A DNA stretch of 64,000 bases, taken from positions 4,672 through 68,671 of the forward strand of contig MQRK01249795.1 of the NCBI GenBank assembly GCA_001938485.1. Direction: 5' to 3'. The notes beneath the pieces are model-generated. The model was not told the origin of the DNA. It saw nothing but the letters and a program-made list of their open reading frames with translations, and did not search any database. Source of the stretch: Girardia tigrina (Eukaryota). Below are positions 13,961 to 25,144 of this stretch, in pieces. The position numbers and the translations under genes were made by a program. Positions within the stretch are counted from its first letter, which is position 1. Each line of letters starts with the position of its first letter.

Positions 13961-14197
13961 TAGAAAAGAATTTGATTTTTCTGATCCTTTTTCGGAATGA
14001 AACCAGCTCTATTATTCTTTTTCGATCATTCAATTTACTCAAGTTATAATCATTGCAAACTCTAAATTATTTCATAGATTTATTACTAAATATTGACTAC
14101 ATCACATTTCCATTTGGTCACGGTTCATTCCAATTATTTTCCTGAAAATAGGCATATTCTGCATTAACAGTGAGATATTTGATAGTTATTTCTTTTA

Positions 14198-15883
14198 CTA
14201 CCCAAATTCATATGTATTCGGACACGTAAAATAATTCTTATTAAAAATTTTAAATTATAAATAATATGTACTTATTTGTATTATAGATGAATTAATTTCA
14301 TATTTTACGATGATCTAAATACAATTCTAAAATAATTTGAAGAAATCAAATAAAAAAGTTAACTAATAAAAATTGTATTCGCATTTAAAAATTTGTTCTC
14401 AAATTCAAAAGAATTCGGATACTTAATAAAAATTATAATATAAATGTAGGATATGAATTATTTTAAATTCAATATGGATTATTAGTAAAAACATATATTG
14501 TTATTATTGTTTAAATATTTCAGTCGATTAAATTTTCGTTATTTTTAAAATATGGTGCGTGGAAAAAAGATGCATACGGAAATGCGTAAGAAAATATTTG
14601 CCATGAATGTTAAAGGAAAATCAGTAACGGAAATTTCAAAAATTTTTCGAGATAAATAAATCGACGGTGTTCGATAACATTAAAACAGCTAAATACCGTC
14701 AGAATAACTCATCGCCAAAGAAATCTGGACGACCACAGTTGACTTCCGCTACTGATAACCGGTGTTTGAAGAGGTTAATTCCTCAATATCGTCGTGCTAC
14801 TGTTCAAGAAATCAACGAGAAATGGAGTATGCAAACAGGCATTTCTTCTTCTCCGTCCACTTGTCTACGTCGAATACATCAATTCAATTGTTCATTCTAC
14901 AAGGTGAGATTTTCTTAATGAAATATAAGCATTGCGTAACACTTTTTTAAGGCTAAAAAAACCGTTTCTGTCACCTATTCAAAAGAAAAAGAGACTTGAA
15001 TGGGCTCTTAATCATAGTAAATGGAGCCAAAAGGATTGGAATAAAGTTATTTTTTCAGACGAATCTCGTTTTGAATTGTGTATGGGCGAAAATGGAAAAT
15101 CGGTCTTAAGACTTAGTACCAAGTCATTATTATCGGAATGTTTAAACCGAACTTTGAAATTTCCAGAAAGTGTAATGATTTGGGGTTGTATGACAAGCAA
15201 AGGATTTGGGAGTCTTCACTTTATAGAGGGAACAATGAACTCTATAAAGTATACCAAGATATTAAGGGAAAGTCTCATCCCATCTATTACGCAATATTCT
15301 GACAATGGAGATTTCATTTTTCAACAAGTTTGAGCATCTTGTCATACTTCTAAATTTACAAAAACTTGGATGATTAAAAATAATATGTCCTTCTGGACAT
15401 GGCCTTCAGGAAGCCCATATTTAAGTCCCATAGAGAATGTTTGGGCAATTATGAAAAATGAATTACAAAAAAAACGTCCTAAAAATAAAATTGATTTGAA
15501 GAATAAAATTTTAGCAACATGTAATAGTTTTCCCATTGATAAATGTCAGGATTTATACAATTCAATGAATAGAAGAATGGAAGATGTCATAAAAGCAAAG
15601 GGCGATGGTACAAGATTTTAAATAGTAGGTGTACGAATTCTTTTGAATTAAAAAGCAGATGTCCGAATTCTTTTGAATTTGAGAACAAATTTTTAAATGC
15701 GAATAAAATTTTTATTAGTTAACTTTTTTATTTGATTTCTTCAAATTATTTTACAATTGTATTTAGATTATCGTAAAATATCAAATTAATTCATCTATAA
15801 TACAAATAAGTACATATTATTTATAATTTAAAATTTTTAATAAGAATTATTTTACGTGTCCGAATACATATGAATTTGGGTAG
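14198..15883 (+). mobile_element. Tc1-like (DD34E) transposon with ~225-bp TIRs; disrupted transposase 14552-15621
   Basis: TA TSDs and near-identical long TIRs. Motifs GRP, FSDESRF, VMIWG and WPSGSPYLSPIENVW. Frameshifts and a stop near the second catalytic Asp. Candidate intron 14904-14951. Confidence 0.95.
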
Positions 15884-16813
15884 TACAAACATTTCCCGTG
15901 CGGGGATACATTGATCTTCGTGGTTACTTTCAGTTTCGTTATTAATAAATATTATAAATCAAATTTTTATTTTTATGCATAGAATTAACTAAGGAATTTC
16001 AAAGACATTCAGTTAGTATTTTAGCTTTCTTACAATAATAATGTATAATATTTTCTTTACTGTTCTGCTTCATAATCATGAGATTAGATCTGTTAATTAT
16101 TTTTAATTGTCTTTTTTGGTTGCATTTTATCGGCTCTCTTTTAAAAACTTTAAACATTATATTCTAAATTATCCAAATGTTGGAAATAGCATCTAATCAA
16201 GCATTTATTATGAATAAAACTGGTATTTCCTTTTCATCTTTTTATTATCCTTTTCCTGTGAATTTTTAAACAACATTTAAGCTATTTCGGACTAGTCTAA
16301 ATATACGTCAAGGGCATTATATGATATAATATAAATCATACACATTTCTATTTATTTATACAACTAATAAATCACATTCGTTTTGTGATTCGTTTTCTTC
16401 TAGCATTTACCAAAATTAAATTATTTTATGGTAAAATGATGTGGAAAAAAATCATTTTTTAAAACCTTCAGAAATAAAAGTTGTTTTATAAACTTTTTAA
16501 ACAATATTTTCTGTGAATGAGTGCTTGGGTAAAGTCGAGAGTTCATGTTTTACCACATTTCTTTCACCTATTCTCTCATGATTAACTCTTGATTTATCCT
16601 CGTGTCGCAATCACGAAAATATGTTTATTCAATAAAATATATTATATTTGCAAAGGATGCCGTTAATATAAAAATTATTTTTTAATAATCATGCATATAT
16701 CATGTTTATTTCCGTTAATACTATTGTATATATTATGATAATAATAATGAAAATTTAAAGTTAATTTATATATTTATATCAATATCAACAATGAAATATT
16801 TTCTCTCCCTTAG

Positions 16814-16885
16814 ACATACCCATATGAAGCTTTAAAAATATCAAATTTCAGTCTTCCAAAGGGTGTGGACCGATCAAATTTAGAA
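16814..16885 (+). CDS. abLIM/UNC-115-like gene, exon D (N-terminal half of villin headpiece)
   Basis: Pyrimidine tract plus tag acceptor, gtaag donor. Encodes TYPYEALKISNFSLPKGVDRSNLE, the headpiece YPYExL..LPxGVDRxxLE motif. Confidence 0.92.
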
Positions 16886-17144
16886 GTAAGATGACTGTTT
16901 AAATTAAATTAATTTGTTAACAATGAAAAGAAATTGCATATATTACCATTTATATTTCAATATAATCTATAAAATATTAAAAGTTTGGATTTTTTTGCTT
17001 ATTTTTCACTGGTAGTAATTGAAATTCTCTGAAATAAATTTTGTTTTATTCATTGGAAATTTATTATTTTAAAAACATGATGTTATTCATCTTTCGCACG
17101 TCTAAATAATATTAAAATATAATTATTTTTATGATAACAATTAT

Positions 17145-17654
17145 TGTGAGGGATAATATGGAATGTTGTAAGTTTGTTGTTTGTATGCTGTTTAGATTTG
17201 TGACTCTCCTACTCAGATGGGATTGATATGTTATTGATTGATTGTTTGAATCTAATAATATTAATTATAAGTACTAATTAATTAAAGTTTAATAATTATG
17301 AATTTTAATAATATTTTTAGTAAACGATTTTAACTTATTAAATTTATTTTATTTTAAAAATTAATGTTCATTTAAAAAATTACATAATGCCTTTTTATCC
17401 AATAAAATTTAAGAAATTAAAAAATAATATTAAAAAGTTTCCCATTCATTGTTTTTTCATATTTGAATACATAAACAAAAACTATATCAATCAAAGAAAG
17501 ATGTTCTCTGAAAATTGTTGTGAAGAATCTGTTTGTGTTGTCAATAAATGTTTACATTCAAATTGTGATGTTGTTAATAATAATAATAATAATAATTATT
17601 CTTTCATATTTCCCGAAATCAATGATTGTATTTTGAAATACAGCTGTGACCACA
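17145..17654 (+). mobile_element. Solo LTR (short TGTGAGG family)
   Basis: TG...CA termini, 5-bp TSD ATTAT, core box CTCTCCTACTCAGATGG, internal AATAAA. Confidence 0.85.
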
Positions 17655-18199
17655 ATTATTTTTAAAACAAACAAACTTCTAAATGGCAGTTTGCTCAAAT
17701 GTTATGTGGTAACTACTGAAGTTTTTAATAACCCAGAGATGTGTTTACTATTCTTTTTGGACTTCATCTCCTTAAGAGTCGGATTGCATTGATAAAATTG
17801 CATTTTAAAATATTGTAACTCATTGTGGCTAGAAATAAGCAAATATCACAAAGGTTACATGTTTCTATACAAATGATGGATTGCTGCATTGAGAAACTGC
17901 AAAAAGGTTGAATCTTCAAAAGTACCTAGATGAACATATTGATAAATTGTTAAAGTTAACAGAGTAATTCTGTAAAGTGACAAGAATTATGAAAAAGTGT
18001 CAAGATCACTTGATTAAGAAAAGAGCAACCAAACATACAACATATTCAAGTCTAGAAATAAAAAACGAAATATCCTGGGGGCAAATAAAAGAATAAGTAA
18101 AAGACTGGTAATTAGTTTTGGATGCTTTTCTCCAATTAATCGACATATTGTCAATTTGATTCATTCGCCAACTTTGTTAAATGCCTAAAATATCAAAGA

Positions 18200-18480
18200 T
18201 TCCATCACCATTACACAATTCCAGAAAAAATTCCACATATTTCCAAAAAGTAATGGTATGGGAAGTTCCTCATCCTCATGACTAGGATCTCTGTACTTTT
18301 TACCAAGTGAAATTACTGTCAACGGTATAGTTTTACTCGACATCATGAAAAGTAAATTGCAAATGAGAATGGCTCTCCGCAATTATATTGTGTATATATT
18401 TTTTGAAGGACTGGTTCACTTCTAAAGGGAAATAAATCACATGGAAATCTTATGAAAAATGGTTTTAAAAGTGGTTAGAT
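18200..18480 (+). mobile_element. Highly decayed Tc1-like transposase fragment
   Basis: KVMVWEV.. followed by LGSLYFLPSEITVNG..LDIMKSKL resembles the Tc1 catalytic region. Confidence 0.4.
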
Positions 18481-19136
18481 ACTATCATCCTAATGGTCTA
18501 CAAAGATTTAATCTACTTCAAGTGTCTTTAGTGTCTGCAAAGGTGTCAGGAGATCTGTGCAAGAAACATGTTTATTTAAAATCAAACATTAAACTGTTCT
18601 AAAATGTTATGGATATGTATCCAAAAATACTAATAATGTTTCATATTTGTTTTATGATAGTGTTTTATGTTCACATTTGGATCGAATATAAAAGTTTGTT
18701 AAATTTTAAAAGATTTGTTCTTTGCTCCCATCACTTTACCCTATCTGTTAAAAGATGCATAAATTCGTTTTCTGCTTTCGTTTATTATTGTAATAATAAG
18801 TTTTGATTGCTTTTATAGTAAATTGGAATTGGATTTATGGTAATAAAGACAATGAAAAATTAAAAAAAAGCAAATAGAATTATTTATATATAAATGAATT
18901 TTCGTATTGTTTTTATAGATGCTAAAGATATTATACTAATATCTTTAATTTATTAATTTCGGTTGTCTGTAGCCTAAATAAAATAATATTTAACTTTTAA
19001 AAGACATTTTTGGCTTTAAGATTTTGTGTTGTTGGGCTTTACTTAAGATTTTCAAATGTTTTGGATTTATAATTATAAAAAACTTAGTTCATGGAAACAT
19101 TCAATGTCATTATTTTTTCTGTTTATATATCTGTTT

Positions 19137-19580
19137 TGTTAAGAGAACACTCACACATTTGACAGAATATTTATTACATTCACATTTCTTATCATCTTTA
19201 TGATGATCAATATTATTGCTTTCACTTAGATCCATCAATCAATTTTCAATATCTCCCATTATTTTATTTTATTTAAAAATATTTAATTTAAATTTTATTG
19301 GCTGAAATAAAATATTTTTATAGTCATTTTTAAACATTAATTTGGTTTTAATTATTTAAAAATTTACAAAAATAAAGTCAATAAACTTATTTAAAAGTTG
19401 AAATAATAAAAATTAAAAATTTGAATATTAAATCTAAATTTAAATAAATTAGTTTCAGATTATAAGAAATTAAATATTGATAATCCGTCTGGTTAGAAGA
19501 GGCACAATCCCAAATCGACATACAACATTTAAACATGCAAACACTACAAAAAAACATCAACACACCAAATATTCCTCACA
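19137..19580 (-). mobile_element. Solo LTR (short TGTGAGG family)
   Basis: TG...CA termini, 5-bp TSD TGTTT, starts TGTGAGGAATATT on the minus strand, core box present. Confidence 0.85.
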
Positions 19581-19918
19581 TGTTTGTTGGTATATTATTT
19601 TATTATATTAACATTTATTATATTAACATTTATTTATTATATTTTTATTCAATTATATTAGTTGTTAAAAGAGTTCACATAAACATACGTTTCAGTAAGC
19701 TCTTTTCCAGTAAAAATTGATTGTGTAATCGATTGCATGAAATCACGCTAATCAAAAGGGTAATTAAATAATTATTTAATTAAAATCAATCAGTAACCTG
19801 AAAATGACGGCTCATCTGTCGAAATATACTGTTTTTAATAATATTTTCCAATGGATGGATTTTGTTTTTATACTATTATTAATTTTTAATTTAATAATAA
19901 ATATTGACTATTTTGTAG

Positions 19919-20032
19919 ATTTATTTGTCAGACGAAGAATTCGAGAATATCTTTAAACTAAGTCGAGTGGCATTTAATCGTCTTCCGGAATGGAAACGGA
20001 ATGATCTCAAGAAACGCGTCGATCTCTTTTAA
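19919..20032 (+). CDS. abLIM/UNC-115-like gene, terminal exon (villin headpiece HP35)
   Basis: ttttgtag acceptor. Encodes IYLSDEEFENIFKLSRVAFNRLPEWKRNDLKKRVDLF*, a canonical villin headpiece C-terminus. Confidence 0.95.
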   Translation: MYLSDEEFENIFKLSRVAFNRLPEWKRNDLKKRVDLF

Positions 20033-21544
20033 GATGGAATTTTATTTCTTCATTGTGATATTGATAGAGCCTTTATTATCTTTGAAAGAATTGTTGAAAT
20101 AATTCAGCAATGCGAGTTTCAGTTGGTCTCTGAAAGCATAGTGAATTTATTTTGATTTTTAGGGAATTTATTTTTAAAATTGCTAAATTGGGAATTATTT
20201 TTCTACAAATATTGTGCACCGATTTTAGCAGTGTTAGAACGTTTTTTTTGTTTTCTTTATTCGATTCAGTTTTGTTATCTAAAAATATATACTCAAACAA
20301 ATGATCATTTCACAAAATACTTTAATATTTTGAGAATTATTTTTTAGGTAAAAACTGTTTTATATTTAAACAAGTTGGATAATTTTTTAACAAAATTCGT
20401 TTATTTAAGTACTTTTTTGTTTAAATATTATTTTGAAAACAAATTACGATTTCCTTTTTTATATTTGTTTGTTTAAATGTTACAGAAAATTAAAATATTT
20501 ATTATAATTTCTTTAAAATTTCTTTTCAACGCAGTTCTGATTTTAGGACTGTAAGCGCTACTTTCTGATCTGAAAATGAATACTTTTAATTTAATATTTG
20601 GGAAATTTTGTATCAAATGGAGAAAAATAAGAAGTTTCATTTTTGGTATAAATTATTTAAAAAATACATATTATCTTTTATTTACTTTGGAAAATCTGAT
20701 TCTAAATAATATTTTACAAAATTCTCACTTATCAATCAATTATTCTTAAAATTATACATAAAATACTATGATGAGAAAAATAATTTATACATATAATTTT
20801 AAACAATAAATACTTTTTTTAGTGATCAATGTTTCAATAAAATTTATTTTGTGATGAAGACACAGGATTTATTTTTTTATGGTTTAAATAAAATTTTAAA
20901 TCAAAAACGTATAAAGTACCGAATACATGTACAAAAAAATAGATAAATGTTCATGAAAAAAGAAAATAAAAGAAAAATTATTAACACTTGTAATAAATAA
21001 AATATTTTTTGTTGAAATTTAATGGTGTTAGAGAAGACTGAATTATATTAAAAAACGAAAATATATATTCAAATATATCAAGAAACATCAGAACTTTTGT
21101 AAGTAGAAAATACGCTTCGTTCTTAAATTCATATGAAGAATGAAAGAGAAGTATAAACCAATAACACTAAACAGATCTATACAATCGTGCAGGTACATAA
21201 TGCATATACATTATGTATATAATCACTTTTTACGATTACGTTTCACGATTAAAATAATCAAATTTGCGATTTACAATTTTGAATTACGATTTTAGGAATT
21301 CATATTTAACGATTGTGTATAAAAAATAAAATCGACTGTTTGTTTGAGAAAACAAATTTATATTTTTAATTTTTGATCATGAATTGTACTATAAAAGATT
21401 CGACGTGAAATAATCTGAAACTTATTTTTTTGCAAAGTTCCTGGGAATTTTGTTTTGTTTTTTTTATCAAAAATTGAAAAACAATAAAGGTTTATTAAAA
21501 TTCAAATTCTTCAAGTCAGTGTCTCTTATCTGGGAACACCCTAT

Positions 21545-21915
21545 TTGTTACCTTTCCTTGATTTAATCTATTCTCTTCGTATTCGCTGTCGTCATTGCAT
21601 TCATCGATTTCCGAAAATGGGTGTCGTCGATTTTGAGGTCCATTACGGTATCCAGCATTATTTGCTTTCTTCCAATCGCTGTTTCTACTGTACTATTCTC
21701 TGTCATTAATTCTATTCTTGTTGAGAAAACATTGAGTTCTATAATGGTCATTTCTTTTGCAGTTAGTACACTTCACATTCAAGCAATCTCTTCTCATGTG
21801 GCCTTCTTCTTGACATGCATAACATTTTACAGTTTTGTAATAATTGTTTTTCGGTTTGAATCCATTATTTCCTTGGTTCATATTGTTCCGTTCGAAATGT
21901 CTCTGCGGGATTCTT
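21545..21915 (-). mobile_element. Ty3/gypsy gag C-terminal fragment, inverted relative to the adjacent pol
   Basis: Two CCHC knuckles (CYACQEEGHMRRDC, CTNCKRNDHYRTQC). The RHPFSEIDE tail is homologous to RHPMTGIDE of the 25836 gag. Confidence 0.85.
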
Positions 21916-21929
21916 TCTGATTCAATCTG

Positions 21930-24080
21930 ATGTCTTTTGGAATAGCAGCAGCACCTGTGACGATCCAGAAACTGATGACAATAGTTCTTGGTGATATGCA
22001 TTCAAACGAGGCAATTGTTTATCTAGACGATATTTTGATTTTTTCAAAAACATTGGAGGAACATTTTCAACGTTTAGATAAAATTTTTCAGAAAATAGGA
22101 AATGCGGGATTAAGAATAAATCCAGAAAAATGTCATTTTATTAATGAAGAAACAAAATTTCTTGGACATATTATAAGCTCAAAAGGTATAAAGGTATATG
22201 AAAGTAAGATTGAATAAATAATTAATTTTGAGAAACCGAAATGTTTAAAAAACTTAAGAAGTTTTCTAGGATTATGCAATTATTATCGTAAGTTTATCAA
22301 GGATTATTCTAAATATTCAAAGAATTTAGAAAGTTTATGTGGGCTTAACAAGGACAAACTGATATGGACAGAAACACGCAATGATGCGTTTATGAAAATG
22401 AAAGAAGCGTTATCGAAGACACTAGTCCTAGCTTATCCTAATTTCGAGAAGGAATTTATTTTAGATACTAATGGAAGTTTTGATTCCATTGGAGCTGTTC
22501 TATCGCAAGAAGATGCTTTTGGAAATGAAAGAGTAATTGTCTATGGTTCACATTCAATGAGCAAACATAAGATAGGATACTGTTTAACTAGGAAAGAGTT
22601 ATTGGCTATTTATTATTTTACTCAACATTTCAAGCACTATTTATATGGTAAGAGATTTACTCTTAGGACGGATCATAAAGCAATAACATTCATGCTTACA
22701 ACTAAGAAACCGATTACATCTCAATTCCAAACATGGATCAATTATTTAAGCAGTTTGGACATCAATATGCAGTACAGAAAAGGAATCAATCATACCAATG
22801 CAGATTCATTATCACGTAGCAAATGGGAAAATTGCTCGCAATGCAAAATGAATCACGATGAAGCACAAAAGGTAAGTTAAAGACTAAAATATTAGCTCTG
22901 ATGACAGAATTCAATGGTGAGAAATGGCAACGAAATGATGAAAAAATCGAAAAAAATCAAAGAAGATGTGGAAAACAAAATACGAGAAATTTTTGGATAG
23001 AAAACGATGTTATTCTCACAAATGAGGGCAAAATATGGATACCATGTAACAAACGGAGTCTGTTCATTATTGAAACCCATAAATTATTATGCCATGCTGG
23101 ATTTAAAAAAGTTTATGATTATATTCGACTTAATTTTGATATGATGAAAATATATGAATTTACAAAACAAATTGTAGAATCTTGTGAGGCCTGTAAAAAA
23201 CGTAAAGTAATGACTACGAGAACAAAAGAAACTGTAATTAAGCAAAGCACTAACTTTCCATTTGAATCAATATTTCTCGATTTTTGTGGACCATTCAAAC
23301 AGACATTTCAAGGAAAAAAGTACATTTTAGCTATTATAGATCAATTTAGTCGATATATTTCTTTAAATGCTGTGGCCAAACCCGATGAAAAGGCAACTGC
23401 TGATATACTTTTGAATCGATGGATATTAAAATATGGTGCACCTCGAGTAATGTATTTTGATTGTGGAAAATCCTTCCAATCCAAAGTTATGAAGGACCTA
23501 GTAGAACGTTATAAAATTCAGATTCAGTATTCAAGCCCATATCATCACTACACCAATGGGATAATCGAAAGACAATTTAGGACTATTCGAAATTTTATAT
23601 CTTCTTCTTTAAAAGATAAAAATGGAAAAACTTGGGTCGACTTATTGCCAGAATTTCAATATTGTTTAAATGCCACAACACAAAAGTCAATCTGGATGAG
23701 TTCAGCAGAAGTCGTATTCGGTTTCCCGATAAATAGGCAATGAAATAATAATAAAGAGATAGGAAGAAATCGTAAAGATATTTTAAATACTGTTAGACGG
23801 AATCAAAGTAAAATTGCATATGATAATAGTAAAAGGGGAAATAGAGAATTTAATGTGGGAGAACATGTTCTAGTAAAAGTTGAAACCAGAAGTAATAAAG
23901 ATGATAACCGTTACGAGGGGCCGATGAAAATTCATAAAAAGCGACATGACAGAAGCTATGTATTACAAGATAAAAACGGAAAATTGTTGGTGAGGAATAT
24001 AGAGTGGTTGAAACGTTTTAAAACGAGGGGGATGTGAGATATTATAGAATTAAATTTAAATTAATTAAATAAAATATTAT
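21930..24080 (+). mobile_element. Ty3/gypsy pol remnant (RT-RNase H-integrase) with PPT and start of the 3' LTR
   Basis: YLDD; RNase H (RKELLA, TDHKA); HHCC and DDE integrase motifs; YEGPM C-terminus. PPT GAGGGGGA is followed by TGTGAGAT at 24033. Confidence 0.95.
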
Positions 24081-24699
24081 GCAATCAACTGCCTTCAACG
24101 ATTTCATCGCTTCCAGAAAGCCGGAATTTTATGCAACCAAAATAAATAAACTTAATGAAATTATTGAAATTATTAAACGTATTGAAATGTTAGGGGCAAT
24201 GATAAATGCTTATGGATACTGAGACTCGACTAACAATTGTTTGATTGAGATTTTGCATAATCATAACAATCAACTCCGCATATCTCAAATTCTTGGGGAC
24301 CATAAAAAATTGAGATATGCAAAATTTGAAACAAACGATTTCGAACAAAATGAAAAATTTTAAAGTTTATTGTTACAAGTATTTATCTATATCCTTTCTT
24401 TAATTTTAATTCATATTTCAGTTACATCAATATTCAGCTTTACAAAATCTAAATACCGATGCTTAATATTAACCCTACGATTACCAAGAGTGGAAAAATT
24501 GACCACAACTATTTTTTTCTTTGTAATCAATGCGTTAATTATTAGAAATATGGCAAACATTAACAAACAAACAAGAGACTGTAGAAGCTTTATATTTTAA
24601 AATTAGCAATTGTGAAAAACAGTCAGTTATCAATCGTTGAAACCCTTCGTTGAACTTTTGACTAAGGATCCATCTTTAACGGCACTGATATGATCAAGA

Positions 24700-24960
24700 A
24701 TTTGGTTTGATTTGGCTTATTGTAATGCAAAAAATTCTAGACCATGAATTGATTTTACTGTGATCGACAATGACACTATCGGACGATCAGTACCTGACTC
24801 TTCGTCACTTGATTGAGTTGCATTTTCCTTCCTGTCTTCTTGATTACTGTTGACGATGTCATTTTCAGATAAAGTTGCAACCGAAACAACATTTTTACTA
24901 ACATCAACGTAGTCCATAAATATGGTATTTTCGACAACCAAATTTGAAAATCCAAAAGAA
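24700..24960 (-). mobile_element. Possible pogo/Tigger transposase C-terminal remnant
   Basis: FMDYVDVSKNVVSVATLSENDIV plus an acidic tract resembles CENP-B/Tigger C-termini. Confidence 0.4.
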
Positions 24961-25144
24961 TCAAAAAAGATTCCTTCAACTAGATCAATCAGAATACTTC
25001 CAAATCTGAGCGTTCGTTGGTTACCTAGAAGGTTAGGTCCTACTGTCCAGGTTTTTTCATTTTTAAAAGAGTGAGGGTTTCTGTTTTTTTGATGACGAGT
25101 TGTAAATTTAACTGCCTTTGTTAAATGAAAATTTTAAATAGTTT

